Under the pieces are notes generated by a model. The model searched no databases, was not told the origin of the DNA, and saw only the letters and a list, made by a program, of their open reading frames with translations. Both the position numbers and the translations under genes were made by a program. From Lobosporangium transversale (Eukaryota), in contig NW_019028994.1 of assembly GCF_002105155.1 (NCBI RefSeq), positions 186,001 through 250,000 of the forward strand: DNA of 64,000 nucleotides, given 5' to 3'. Shown here piece by piece: positions 1-13,676 of this stretch; position 1 is the first letter of the stretch; every line of letters starts with the position of its first letter.

Positions 1-1101
1 GAACTGATCTGGGCGGTAATAATAACAATCTTGACCATATTGATCAATGTCATTGGCAACACCCATATACATATCCATATCCATATTCATATCATAGACT
101 GGTCTCTGACCATAATATGCAGCAGAGTCACTGCCATAGTCAAAGGGCTTATAAATCTCAGTCTCATCTACACATGGCTCGACTTCAATAATGAACGGCA
201 ACGATTTGACGGTTGGTTGAAAGATCGTCAAGGGTTTCACCGCCACTGTGGGTCGGATATGAACAGAACTGCCCAAGTCAACACTGGACTGGGGTAAAGA
301 CTGATCTTCTTGTGGCGTGGCTTCGATCGTCGTAGTCAATTGTTGCACTTTTGGTTGATAAGTCGTTTGGGGCAGAACTTGTGTCAGAGGTTGAATAAAA
401 ACATTTGAGCCTAAATCCACATTCTGTTGAGGCAACATGCTTGATTCAGCGGGTGCAGCCTCAATGGCTGATTCTAACGCCTGGACATGGGGTTGATAAA
501 CCGTTGAAGGGTTCACGTCCGTGGAGGGGACTGCAGAGACAAAGGAACCCATATCAACAGTGGATGGAGGCACAGTGGTACTGCAGCTTTCCACATCCAC
601 ATCTCTGTTGATAGGAGGGAATTGACGACGCTTCAAGACATTGCCACGAGGAAGAGGGTCTGACTGAGAGGGGTTGTCAATGGTGCTAGCGCAGCCATAG
701 AGGCTACCATTAAAAACGTCATCGTAGTCATCGTAGTCATCGTAGTCATCGTAGTCATCGTAGTCATCGTAGTCATCGTAGTCATCGTAGTCATCATAAA
801 CATCGGCACCATGGTTGTCAAGCCCACACGTTGACTGCACAATGGGCGCAAAGGCCTGAACAATGGGTTGGTATCGATTAACAGGTGTCACATTGGTGAT
901 AGGGACTGTGTTGACGGTCGACGCGAGCGAGACAGAACCCGAGTCAATATCTTGATTGCAAGTGGGCGCTAAATCAGGATCAGGGGCGTTTAAATCCATA
1001 CTACCCAGAGCAGATGGATCTTGAGGCACTGGCACTGTTTGTGCAGCAAGGACGAAAAGAGACAGAGCGAGAGTGATGCGAATAACACTTGCGAACGTCA
1101 T
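1..1101 (-). CDS. Secreted repeat-containing hypothetical protein (runs off the window start; not in the ORF track)
   Basis: ATG at 1101, open frame to base 1 by manual translation. Signal-peptide-like N-terminus MTFASVIRITLALSLFVLAAQTVPVP, a (DYD)n tract, an LKRR dibasic site, and four ~40-aa repeats of the type VDLGSxVxxxPxxxVxPxTxYQPxVQxL. Confidence 0.8.
   Translation of the reverse strand, partial: MTFASVIRITLALSLFVLAAQTVPVPQDPSALGSMDLNAPDPDLAPTCNQDIDSGSVSLASTVNTVPITNVTPVNRYQPIVQAFAPIVQSTCGLDNHGADVYDDYDDYDDYDDYDDYDDYDDYDDYDDVFNGSLYGCASTIDNPSQSDPLPRGNVLKRRQFPPINRDVDVESCSTTVPPSTVDMGSFVSAVPSTDVNPSTVYQPHVQALESAIEAAPAESSMLPQQNVDLGSNVFIQPLTQVLPQTTYQPKVQQLTTTIEATPQEDQSLPQSSVDLGSSVHIRPTVAVKPLTIFQPTVKSLPFIIEVEPCVDETEIYKPFDYGSDSAAYYGQRPVYDMNMDMDMYMGVANDIDQYGQDCYYYRPDQF
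721..792. repeat. 9-bp coding minisatellite (ATCGTAGTC)x8 encoding (DYD)n
   Basis: Directly visible perfect tandem repeat, in frame within the 1..1101 gene. Confidence 0.95.
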
Positions 1102-1668
1102 GATCAGGGGAAGTTGCACGTGTATCGGTATTGAGTTATCGATTGGAAAGTAGCGATGTCAAGCTTTAGAAAAAAAAAAAAAACTCTCTCTTTCCCATGG
1201 CATTTCTTTTATACAATCTCAGAATCCATGGTTGCAACCCTTTGAGACCGAGATCAATATACCCAAAGTCAATGTCAAGGAGGAGTGAAGTCAATTTCCG
1301 ACATCCAGGTCGATTTTTCATGATAAATTGGTTTGGGAGTCTATAGATCAACAATAAAAAAAAAAAAAAAAAACGCGTGGGATCTTTTGCGATACCAGAT
1401 TTGTATTGGACTGCATTACTTATGAAAAGAAACCAGGTCTTCGCCGATGATAAAAGATGGACTGATATTCACTGAGGGGGTTGGTTGTTTAGTTCTTTGA
1501 ACTGCCATGGGTTGTTGAAACCTGAGGGTTTAAGAAGCATATTTATCAGCATGACAAGGGCCAAAAATATAAGATATTTCACACGATTTAGGGGGGTGCA
1601 AGATCCGCTCCACCCCGATTGTTCTTTTTTTTTTTTTTTATTGAGATTATATTGCTGTTAAAAAGAGT

Positions 1669-2727
1669 TTACTCGTAGATCAACTTCTCCATAACACGGG
1701 TGTGAGAGATGACACCGTTGGGGAACCACAAGGCGATCTCCTTCTCAGCGTTCTCAACAGAGTCAGAGCCGTGGCACAAGTTGCGGCCGACATCAATGCA
1801 GAAGTCTATATGAGCGTAAAAATAAAATAAAATAAAAAATTAGCATATAAAAATTCTTTTAAATGCGCCAGATGATTTCTCTGAGACACTGGAAAGAGAC
1901 AAGTATATATAATATATATATACGTACCACCGCGGATAGTTCCGGGCAAAGAGGCCAAGGGGTTGGTCTCACCGAGGAGAACACGGCCAGACTTGACGAC
2001 ACCCTTGCCAGACCAGACCATGGCAACCTATAATGATATTATCAAAGGGACAAAGTGTTGCAAATTAGCAATCAAAGAGAAATAATTAAAAAAAGTTCCT
2101 CTGTATTGGGATCACATAAACAATCTTATCATCCAAAATGCATTGAATGATGCTCTTTTTGTGGTTGAATATACGTACAACAGGGCCGGAGGTCATGTAG
2201 TTCATGAGACCACCGAAGAAAGGCTTGGAGGCAAGATCAGCGTAGTGCTTCTCGAGGAGCTCACGGGTGGGCTATTGTGTGTCGTGAAGAACAGAAAAAA
2301 ATATGCTTTTTTTTTTTAGTATGATTACAAAAAAAAAAAAAAAAAAAAAAAATAATAATGACAAAATCGAAGCGATCTTCATGAAGATAGGACATACAGT
2401 CTTGAGTTCAAGAGCAATGAGCTGGAAGCCCTTGTTCTCGAAACGCTTGATGATCTCACCAACGAGACCGCGCTCGACACCGTCGGGCTTGACCTATTTT
2501 CATCGATATAAAAAAGCAAATAGTACAACAGGGTGAGCGTGTGAACTGGGGGAAAAGCGTCATTATTTTCCTTTTTGCTTGGATATAAAAAAAAAAAATT
2601 TTTTTTCCACGCGCGACAAGAAAATAAGAATGTGTCCAATGTCGAATCTAATCTCGACAAGCCAAGGTTAGAATGGTACAATGAACAAATGAACACATAC
2701 CATAATGTAAGTGCGCTCCAAAGTCAT
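1669..2727 (-). CDS. NDK1: Nucleoside diphosphate kinase (5 exons)
   Basis: Spliced translation [32 protein letters not shown]...|[13 protein letters not shown]...|[11 protein letters not shown]...[34 protein letters not shown]...IYE*. Catalytic HGSD motif and GT-AG introns. Confidence 0.97.
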
Positions 2728-3244
2728 TTTGATTAGTTGTTGCTGTGAAAATGAATGAAAAGGGGGTAAAGAACAGAAAAGAAAAACAGAAAACTTTCTG
2801 ACCTCAAAAAAAAAAGTCCTTTAGTTGTGAGATATTTTTTTTTCAGTTTCCTATATCGCAGTTCATGCGACCGTTGGCTGTTCCAACCGTCATCGCCACT
2901 ATTTTTCAAGTCAGCCTTCATTAAGAACCAAATGTTGAGTATTCATCTCTATGGGTTCTCATTAATATCGATCAATTCAGCAGAAGCTTGAACATCGAAC
3001 AAAAGTAAACATTTTAAAAAAGTGGGATTGGCATGTCATAAACTACAACATTGAGAGGATCTGTATTCGAACATCAACCACATATTGGTCAAAAGAGAAA
3101 AGCTTCCCGAATGTCCCTGTTGGTCAATGTTCCACGTGATATCGTCTTCAAAGCAACGCCAGATCCCTTTCTGTTGAAGGGGTCCCTTCTCATACCATTG
3201 AGCATATCAGACATAACCTTCTTCTACCCATCGGGTCTTTGACT

Positions 3245-3610
3245 CTTGAGAGGCGCAATTTATGCGCTCCTTGAAGCTCACGTGGGCGAGTGTACCTTCA
3301 AGAATTCTCGAACGGCTGGCTAAAGGGCTTCAAGCAACGGTATGGTCTCCGCAGGTACAATCTTAAAGAGGAAGCGGCATCAGTAAACATGGAGCTCCGG
3401 CTGCAGCTGGAAATGATTAAACATACACTCAGCCGATTTAGCCTTGACGACATCTACACTTGCGATGAGACCGGGTTATTCTTTCAGTCCACGTCCAACT
3501 GAACAATGGATTACGGCAAAGTCTCTGGCACCAAGCGGAGTACCAGGATTTCAATCCTTTTCTGTACAAATGCAACAGGGACCGATCAATGCAAGTCCTT
3601 CATGTGGAGC
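3245..3610 (+). pseudogene. Degenerate pogo/Tc5 (CENP-B-type HTH + DDE_1) transposase remnant
   Basis: FSNGWLKGFKQRYGLR...EAASV...DDIYTCDETGLF, then a stop/frame disruption, then RISILFCTNATGTD. These are typical pogo-family motifs. No TIRs found. Confidence 0.75.
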
Positions 3611-4488
3611 GAGTAATTCTTTTTTTTTTTTTTTTTTTTTGCGCCTATAATTGGTCACCAACTCGTCAGCCTCCTCATGATAGGATGGATGGCGAGGATT
3701 TCCTGCTTGGAGCGCACGAAAGATATCTTTGCCTGCGATTTGGTCATGGACCATGCTTCAGTGCTGCCTCACTGCAACACGTTGCGGAGCCAGTTCCTTT
3801 CGGGAAGAGACGAGACGATCACCGCATTATGGAACTTCTCGGAAAATTTAATTCGTTTTACCAGATGCTGAAAGAAGGAAGCTCGAACTCATTGTATTTC
3901 CATTTAGTAGATATATATAGAAAAGCTATGTGAATACTGTACAGTACAGATGAGGACGCTTCAGGAGTTAACAGCCTCCGTTCTAGTTGCAATAGATTGC
4001 CCTTGTATCATTAAGGGTGGATTGAGTGATGTTGATCTTGTGCGAGTACTCCAACACTTAATGAACTCTGCTTCAGCTTTGTTAGGAAGATCCAAGATCT
4101 AAGGATCAAAGAGCCTGATATCTTTTTTTTTTTTTTTTTTTTTTTTAAAGCTTTGTTTAACATGGTCATTTTGACCGCGGAATATTAAATAGGAATCATT
4201 ATTAATACCAATTAAATGTCTGTATCATAAAGAACTTTAGACTTGAATGTATAGCATGGTACATTTACAGGGTTTATTTGTCTAGCAAGCACGGTAAAAG
4301 AATGTCGATAAAGTAAAAAAAAAAAAAAAAAAAAAAAAAGATAAAAAAGAATACAGATCGTTTATATAGGTACAGTTAAGGAGTAATAAGTGGATAGGAA
4401 GAAGGATAGAAAAGGAATTAAAAAGAGAGAAAGAATAAAAAGGTGTAATGGGTATAGTTGAAGATTGTATATAAACCCTTCAAAGCTA

Positions 4489-6549
4489 TTATTCAATTGA
4501 CCACCGTTTTCCGGATCCGTTGACGGATTCCATGGGATAGATGTTTGTTCCAGAAACCTTGCCAACTAGTAAAAGAATAAGGCGCAATGTGTCATTAGAT
4601 ATATCAACAACCACAAAGGCTTTTTTTAAAAAAGGAAGAAAAAAAAAAAAATTCTTCACACTTACTATGTGCGTTCAGTCCATTGTTAAAGTTCTTCATG
4701 CAAACCCATGCAAGATATATTGTAACCATTCCGAGAATCAAATTGACAATCACTAGTATGGAGATATGGAAAGGGAAACAAAAATGAAAACTATGTTAGT
4801 ATACATGAACATGAACATGAACACGATCCGTTTCCATTAAAGAAAAAAAAGTGGGGCTGAAAATGATAATAAGATGGCTGTTGTTGACATTACAGAAGAA
4901 TGTGAGGAACTTGTTTGCGCCAGTGAACCTATCTGGGCTGTTGAATACTTGATTAAGCTTAATAATGTTGTAGACAAGCGTTGCAAATCCACCAGCATTA
5001 AAGCAATACATCGCGATCTTGCTCTCACGTTTCAGCTAGATGTATAAAAAAAAAAAAAAAAAAAAAAGATTAATTAAACAAGGGTCAAAAAAATGTGAAG
5101 CAATGGATTTTTGGACACAGACGACCGTTGTAATCTGTGGGCTGTAACTTACTCCCCACCACGCCAAGATTGGCAAAATGATAGATGCACCCGTTGACAT
5201 GATTAGGTGAAAAATTAAAATTCGCCTCATTTCCTCATCCGACAAGTTGTAGGTAGAAGACTCGGGGGACTCTGCTTGCAACACAACCACTGACAAGAAT
5301 TGGGCCGAAAAGCCCAGCTGGAAAAAGATATCAAACTTGACGATCATGATGAAGATTTGATAGACCTTGTACATGTCTAAAATAAACAAACAGCCCATTT
5401 GACGCCATCATTGTGTTTTTGGAGTGAATATAACAGATTCCTCGGTTTCGTAGATCAATTGAACAGTTTAAAAAAAAAAAAAAAAAAAAAAAAGCCCTGA
5501 GGAAGACAACATACCTCGCATAGCTAGATCAGCGCCAATCTTTTTATAGATGCTCCATCCAAATTCCTTGTAGAGTTTATATGCAATAATTGCGAATCCT
5601 GAGGCGAATATGACCATGAAGCAAATGACCGCGATTTCATAAGGCAATGAAGCATGGTGAATCGTTGGGTTAGGCGTTGCCTTGAAAATGTCGAGAATTG
5701 TGTTGGAGAGTGAGTCGTTTGGTGTTTCGACGAGAATATCCGTTGCCTGCTTTATCTGAACTCCTGCGTAAGCAACCATGGCACAGTTGAATGCGACGAT
5801 AGCAATGATCTGAATTGTATTTTTGTTGAACATCTAAAGTAAAATAAAATAAATAAAAAAGGGGGGGGGATTAGAAGAAATTCTCCAGCTAGATTGCTCG
5901 CATTTTTTATATTTTTTTTCCCTAGTATCCTGCATTACCGCGTCGCACAAGAGAATGAGCTGAAAGAGTTGAGCAACAATAAACAGCACATGGTATACGG
6001 ACAAAACGCGAGCACTCTGGATTACTTGTGTTGGATTCGGAATATCGTGAATGTTCTTTGATTGGAGCACTACCAAGGCAGCGGGAACAACGAGCTTAAT
6101 GTTGCGAGCCTCTGTCGCGTGCAGCTTAAAAATGACAGACTCGAGAGCCACGATTACCAGGGCCTGGATACCAGACCAAGCCAGTGAGTATCTGGCCCAG
6201 GTTGAGTCACCAGCCTAAGAAGATAAAAATAAACATTTTTTGACACCAGTCAAATCAGTAACGCTTTCTTTTTTTTATTTTATTTTATTTTATTTTTTTC
6301 TTAATTATTATTGTTGTTTTCATCAGTGCTTGGGATATTCCGTCATCGTGGTGTTTGTAGTGATAGTTTTACTATCCACTGGTTTATTTCGCGATTAAAC
6401 TCGAGTACGTTAATGCAGCAGAGGCGGAGTATGTTGTCCTGTGTTTCCTCGCAAAGCTGTGCAACAATGATACTGAAGAAAGGAAAAAAAAAAAAAAAAA
6501 AAAAGGGGAGGGAAAAAGAAAAGGAATGACTTACAAGTCTTGAAATCAT
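4489..6549 (-). CDS. Multi-pass membrane protein, UPF0658 Golgi membrane protein-like (multi-exon)
   Basis: Exons give hydrophobic helices with NTIQIIAIVAFN, KEFGWSIYKKIGAD and YQIFIMIVKFDIFF, and a C-terminus ...GKRWSIE*. Start MISRL at 6549 is followed by a GTAAGT donor. Family name is from motif recall. Confidence 0.75.
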
Positions 6550-6899
6550 GCTTGGGGCCAGTTCTCTTTTTTTTCTTCTTTCACAATTCAGTTGAAAGGT
6601 GTTCAAAAGGAGAAGATGAATGTAAAAAAAAAAAAAAAAAAAAAAATTGTAAAAATCAAGGTGTTCAATCGGTGAGCAAGCGAGTGAATATGTGAGAGTG
6701 AAAGTTGAGAGAGAGAGAAAGTGAGAGAAAGTGAGAAGAGAATGTAATTGAGAGAGAGAAAGAGAGTTGGAGGGAAAAGGGAGACGGACAAAGGGAGACA
6801 GAAAAGAAAAAGAAGAAAGAAAAAAAGCAGCGAATATGTGTATGTGTGTATGTGTATATGTGCCTTGATGTCCTGAGAGCCAGCCAGAACACAAACAAA

Positions 6900-6934
<35 letters not shown>

Positions 6935-8275
6935 GATTTGGAGTGAAGAAAATGAGCAGTAGTTTAAAGTAATGCAATGAATGATGAAAATGAAATAATG
7001 AAATGGACTGAAATGTAATGTAATCAAGTGCAATCTAATGCAAGCCTAACATATATAAATGTATATACACAGACAGGATGGGATAAAGAGGAATGAAGAA
7101 GAAAAGAGGAGGGGGGAAAAAGAATGAGCGATGCAAAACTACTGTCAACCTTTTGGGAACACAATAAGCGAGTTAGCAAAGCATAAAATAACAGAATCGG
7201 GGTTGCTGATTTCCTATTGATTGGTTGTAAGATAAAGAGGTCAAGTGTGTTTCGAATGCATGCTTTACAAACAGAAGCATACAACATCTATACATTATGT
7301 ATTTATATAACAAATATAACATGTACACATGCACTCATTGCTTCATTGCTTGATTGCTCGATCGCTTGAAAGCATCCACACATGGGCCACATGGATATTA
7401 TGTTTCAAACAGTAAAGTCTTCCTTGGGCAATCAAACCCATGAACCACAGTGATTATGGCAGTTAAAAAAAAATAAAAAAATAAAAATAAAAAGACTTTC
7501 TTGATTGATCGATTAATTTGTGACAAGACTAAAAGGTGTCTGTCCTCTTTCCTTTCCATCTTGTCTGGGTCCTTTGTTATCGCATTGGGTCATCTCATAA
7601 TCCTCATAATCACAAAAAGTGTAGATTGTGTCGTCAACAGAATGAGAAATAAAAAAAAAAGGGTCCAAAATAATTTATTAATCAACTAAAATAAAATAAA
7701 AAAAATCTTTCGAAACGAATGAAAGGAATGCCATAACATGTCTAGACAGGGTCATTGTACTGCAATGCTATATGATATCAGATCATACAGACAGAAAAAA
7801 AAAAAAAAAAAAAAAGGAAAATGTTAGCTGAGCGTTGAAGCATCAGCAAAAAGATGATCCTTTTACTTTTTTTTGGTTTTTTGGCCCTTCGCATTTGTAC
7901 CATTTGTACCACCTTGCTTTTGAAATAAGGTGTGATTCCATCAATTCAAAGGCAACATCGCCTTGGACGACATCAAGCGGTAGTACAATAGCACAAGAAT
8001 ACTCATTTCTGAGAAATATTCCTAACGTCTCACAGCCCCCCACGCCACTCACAATCACACAGACCTGACAGCTGCACCCTGATTGGCTGTATCCAGTGGC
8101 CTGTTTGTTCAACTTCAAGTCTCTCTCTTTCCCAGCGGACTAGGGATCTAGCTTCACGTCCTAGGGTGAACATTCCACTCTTCTTTTTATCTACTTTTGT
8201 TTCTTCTTTTTTCTCTCTCTCTCTTTTTTTTTTTTTTTTTTTTTAATACCTCCTCGTATCATCATCATCATTAAA

Positions 8276-9540
8276 ATGGCTTCCGCTACTATAAAGTGTC
8301 TCATTACTGGAGGAAACGGATTCCTTGGACGTTGGATCGTTGAGGAATTCATCAAACGCACTGATTACTCCCTCACCATCCTCGACATCTTCATCCCCAC
8401 TAATGCTCAACCCAATGAGCGCATCTCTTACATTCAAGGCGACATCACTGACAAGGAAGCTGTCCGCACAGCCCTCAAGGGCCATCATATCTGTATTCAT
8501 GTAGCCTCACCCCCTCACCACTTCCCTGCTGAAAAGTTCAAGCGGATCAATATCGAGGGCACTCAGAATGTGATCGATGCCTGTCTGAGTGAAAACGTCG
8601 GCCGCCTCGTCTACACCTCCTCCGCCAGTGTCCTTCAGGATGGTTCCCCCCTTGAAAACGCTGACGAAACCTTCCCTATCCCAAAGACCTTCATTGAGAC
8701 TTATGCAGAGACAAAGGCCATTGCTGAGGGTATGATCCTCAGAGCCAATTGCGATCGATTGCTCACCTGTTCTCTTCGTCCCAGCGGTATCTTTGGACCA
8801 GGCGATACCCAGGGAACTCCAGGATTCTTGGACGTCATGAAGAAGGGTCAGCATGTCCTCCAGATCGGTGACAACTCTGGACTCTTTGACTGGACCTATG
8901 TTGAGAATGTCGCTTATTCACATGTTCTTGCTGCACAAAAACTTGTTCCTGGCTCTGGGGTTGCTGGACAGGTAACTTACATTCTTTTTTTTTTTTTTTT
9001 TTTTTTTTCAGCTGCTCCTAATTATTTTCATCTGATTTTTATATCCATCTCTTTTTTTTTTTTTTATTTTTTTTATAGGCATTCTTCATTACCAATGGAA
9101 CTCCAACACCGTTCTGGAACCATCCACGTGCATTGATGGCTGAAAAGAATATTGTTGCTCCCTACGTGATTGTTATCAACTACCATGTCGCGCTTGTCAT
9201 TGCTTTCTTGTCAGAAATGGCTAGCCTTATCAAGAAGATGCTGGGCAAGGAATCCAAAGAGGGCTTCACACGTGTCCGTGTCCGTTATATCTCCTTCAAT
9301 CGCTATTTCAACATCAACAAGGCTAGGACCCTTCTGGTAATGCGCTGTTTTCTCATTCATTCGTAGTCGTACTTTTTGAACAAGGCAAAGGAGATGTGAA
9401 GAAATCTAATTTTATTTTTTATTTTTTTTATGCTACTATAATAGGGGTATGCGCCTGTAGTTGGATACAAGGAAGGAATCAAGAGGACAATGGCCCATTT
9501 CATCGAGCAGGAGGAATTAGAGGCAAAAAAGACAAAGTAA
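8276..9540 (+). CDS. ERG26: Sterol-4-alpha-carboxylate 3-dehydrogenase (3-beta-HSD family), 3 exons
   Basis: GGNGFLG Rossmann motif, VYTSSASV, YAETK (YxxxK), LRPSGIFGPGD and FDWTYVENVA. The last exon GYAPVVGYKEGIKRT...TK* ends at 9540. Confidence 0.88.
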
Positions 9541-10169
9541 AGTAAAGTAAAATTAGATTAGCATCAACCGCAAAAGCACACCTAGAGACCTAGAGACCTA
9601 GAGACCTAGAGAATGAGCTGTAATTCCACTCTTCAAATAAACTACCGTATGAGCATCTTTTTTTTTTTTTTTTTTTTTTTTTGTTAAAAGAGTATGAGAT
9701 TTGACATCTATGCGAATTATTCACAATGAAGAAGGAAACTCTTTGATGACGGCTTCCTACACCTCCGCAACATTCTTCCTCCGTCAATTACTGAGTGATG
9801 TCATAGAGCCTAACTGGAAAAGTTTTCGGTGAGCAAAGTTTTTTGGAGTTTATCATCTTCAACGTGCACGTAATGATCTTTTAAGCACCAGATGTTGCAT
9901 TATTGGGTGACCAGCCTCTTCATTACAACGGCTCATCTCATCAGCCAGTCAGTTCATGGACTTAATAGAGTGACACGCCGAAAGAAGGAAAAAAAAAAAA
10001 AAAAAAAAAAAAGGTTTATTTACAACGAAAGAAAATCGAGTGCCCTTCAGTTCTTCTTGTACTCTGTCCACCAAGTCAATCAATGGTATCTCTTTTTTAT
10101 TATTATTATTGTTTTCCATTTATTTATTTATCTACCTCAGCTTTCAATGAAAATTGTATCTTTTTTCTT

Positions 10170-11367
10170 TTAGTGATCCTCAACCTTCTTGAGCGCTGAC
10201 ATGTCAGTGCCTTCAAGCGAGTTTCCAATAAAAGTAAGTTGCTGGATCTTGGTCGTGTCTTCGTCTCCCAAGTTATCCTCAACAAACAGAATCACCTTAT
10301 TGACACTCTGGAACTTCACGAAGCGAAGAGGAATCAATCCATTGCCCTCGTAATCCTTCTCAGTCAATTCGATCTTTTGTGTTTCCTCCACGCTCTCAAC
10401 ATCATCGAATCCCAATGTCACCCTGTTCACATACAACTTGATCGTCTTGGGGGCGTGAGCTAATATATAGATATATTTCACAATCTGTAAGCGCAAAATC
10501 TAGGAAAAAAAAAAAAAAAACTCCCCTTTACGAAACCTAACAAAGGTAATCTTTTTTTTTTTTTTTTTTTTTTTTTTGTATACTTACAGATATCCTTGGG
10601 AGTAATCTTAATCGAGTGCAACTTGACGGCCTAATTATATACGAGTTACAGGAGATAAGGTAAATAAACCAAGATAAAATGAATGATACAAGATTATTAA
10701 CATGGTATTTTTATGCCCTGATGCTGTTGAGATCGTACAGATTGTCCAAGTCAGCGCCCGCGGCATTTTTTTTTTTTTTTTTTAAGTAGTATATACTTTA
10801 CCTGATTGAAAGGAATTGAAATGATCAACTGCTCGTCCACATCACTTTCAAGGTACTTGTCATCAGCAGTCAATGCATTTCGGACATGATTAGCATTCTG
10901 TTGGTTTAAGCAATCGACCTGATTCAGAGTGATTTGATCTGAAATGTCAGTCTGTCCAGCCACCAATGATGATGATCCAGAGCTAGATCCAGATCCTTCA
11001 GCCCCACCTTCCTCAACTGGTCCCTGGTGCTGCTTGATCAGACTCTCAAGCTGAGCTGCGTTAGCGCCCTTGAATTCTGCAATCTTTTTGTTGGCCTTGA
11101 AGAATTGGAAAGTTGGCCTAAGAACATTCGGGAATGTCAATCATTTTTTTCAAATTATTTTAAATATCATATATATGTATCATATTACAAGATGAGAAAA
11201 GTGATAAATGATGTTGCGAAGATGCATGGTGATGGTATTTGAAATAAAGGCAATAAAAACTTACATGGCAGATACTCCAGCTTCCGCAGCAATTTCGCTT
11301 TGCTGATCCACATCAACCTATTAAAGCAAAAGCAAAAGCAAAAGCAAAAGCAAAAGCAAAAAGAAGG

Positions 11368-11399
<32 letters not shown>

Positions 11400-11990
11400 G
11401 CACGTCAAAATCAGCTTCAACTTCAAGGGACACTTCTTCTATTAAAATCAAGGACTGAAATATGAATTATTTTTTGCTTTACCTGAAGGAAAATGACATG
11501 ACGGTATTGGTTTGAAAGCTTCTCAAAGGTGGGCTTGATCATTCTGCATGGTCCACACCAAGTCTATTGGACCAACCGATACAGATACACAACGTAAAGA
11601 AACAAGAAGAAAAAAAAAAAAAAAAAAAAAAAAAAGAAAAAGAAAAAGAAAAGCCATTCATCAACATCAACACAAACCTCCTTTCCAATCACACAAATAA
11701 AAAAATTATATAAAAAAAAAAAAAAAAAAAAATCCAGATATTATGGGTCTATTAAACAAGTCCTTACAGCAGTAAAGTCGACAACAATCTACCAATGAAG
11801 CAACAAAATGAAGAATAAAAGACAATTAGCTTATTACGTTATAGTCAATACCTTTTTTTTTTTATTTTTATTTTTATTTTTTTTATAGAATAGCTACAGC
11901 TATTTCGATTAGACATACAAGCTTGCTGGGAAGAGCCTTGGAAATAGTATTTGTATAGTCCTCCTTGTTGGTGATTTCCTTGATTGGCAT
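10170..11990 (-). CDS. TXL1: Thioredoxin-like protein 1 (thioredoxin + PITH domain), multi-exon
   Basis: MPIKEITN...|[18 protein letters not shown]... active site. PITH motifs [27 protein letters not shown] and LRFVKFQSV. Confidence 0.9.
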
Positions 11991-12935
11991 TGTGAATTGG
12001 ATTTGTTGATGGATGGAGTTTGGGTTGGAGGATTGAAAAGGATTGAAAAGGATTTAAAAGGATTAAGGATTAAGGATTAAAAAGAAAAAGAAAAAGAAAG
12101 AATTGCGCAGAACTAACAGAGATAAGCCCAGAAATCAAGGACGTGACGCGAATTTATTCTTTTTCAATTCACCTGACATCAATAATCTCCCCCACTCCCC
12201 CCCTCTCCCATTAACAATCAACCAATCAACCAATTAACAATTAGCCAATTGTTTGTAGTTGACGCGATTTCCTTTAATGATTGCAAATAACACGTCTCTC
12301 TCCAGCTTGGATCTTTTCACGCGAGAAAAAAAAAAAAAAAAAAAAAAAAAATTGACCAATGGTAACCCTTAAGTGAATGACGATAATGAATATGAATAAT
12401 GATGATGCAAATTGAGAACCATTCTGGGTGATGACCCTGCATTGGATTTTGGATTTTGGATTTTGGATTTTTTTCTTTTGTTTTTTCCCGTGGCGGAACT
12501 TGCTTTTTGTCACCGTCACCTCACATTTCGTAAACATATTTTTGCATAAAATGCAACTAAAAAGGCATACACATTACCAAAGGACATCGTCAGTCATTCT
12601 ATATAAATCTTTAAACGGTCTTCTTACATCTAATATAAATATATAATTAATCTTATTATTTGATTATTATTATTTTTTTTGTTTAATGACGAAAATTGTT
12701 CTGTTTAGGGTTTTTTTTAAAAAAAAAAGAGAGAGGAAAAACAATCATTATAAAACATAACGGTGGGAAGAGAAGCTATACATTAGGATATGAGGCAAAA
12801 GGAAAAAAAAAAAATATAGATAATAGTGCCTAATAATCCTTTTTGAGAAGAGGGAAGGGAATTTGATCATAACGGGGTTTTGACAAATTGTGAAAGATTA
12901 TATCTTGTCTATATTGATACATTAACACATCGATC

Positions 12936-13642
12936 TTAAAACGCTACGGCCTCTGCCCCAGGACGGGTCGCATATCGTCCAACCTGGTCAGGCTATTGAA
13001 ATTGAACGGTTTCAAACAAGAAGGTCCAAGACAAATCAGAAGATGGTAAATTACAGTTTAGTGATAATGCCCAATTAAAATAAAAAAAGAAACGCGTAAA
13101 GAGGAAAAGAGATTACAAACTTACCCCGTTGTATACGTTTTCTCGGTTATCGGCCAGGACAGGAATGGTCTTGAGTGTAGGCATGGGTGAATTCATATCC
13201 AGTTTGAGGCAAGCAGCCACCTCCATCATTTGGTTCTTGATCTTGTTAGGCTGTAATTCACAAGTTACAAAATAAAGTGTATGAGTTACATGCAAGTCAA
13301 TAAATAAAGTAAATAGATCAATGATGCAAGTCTTTTTTAAAGAGCCTAGACTTTTTTTTTTTTTTTTTAGTGAAAATGGATAAATGGTTTCCGTCCTATT
13401 TGAATAGGGACTGCAAGTGATGAAGAGGGCGCCGGATATTGAGAATATCAAAATGGGATAGTGGGATCTTTTGGACCTTTCTTTGGTTTGAGTGACGGAG
13501 TAAAATTCAGGATAAATGGGAACTTTTTGCCTTTATAGTACTTACATCAATCTGCCCACTGCGAACCTCACCTGCACCGATATGGCCAGTATGCTACAGG
13601 ACAAATAATGCAATCATGAAAGAAAAGAAAAGAAAGAAGAAG

Positions 13643-13676
<34 letters not shown>

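Noticed and set aside
721..792. Regular repeat as a CRISPR-like array or TTM-repeat ORF (633-863)
   Set aside because: No spacers. It is a 9-bp coding minisatellite read as DYD in the true frame.
6343..7033. Phe/Leu/Ser-rich ORFs (also 14169-14749, 31269-32350, 44409-44862, 50610-51383)
   Set aside because: Translations of poly(T)/CT-rich UTR and intergenic DNA or antisense frames. No coding signal.
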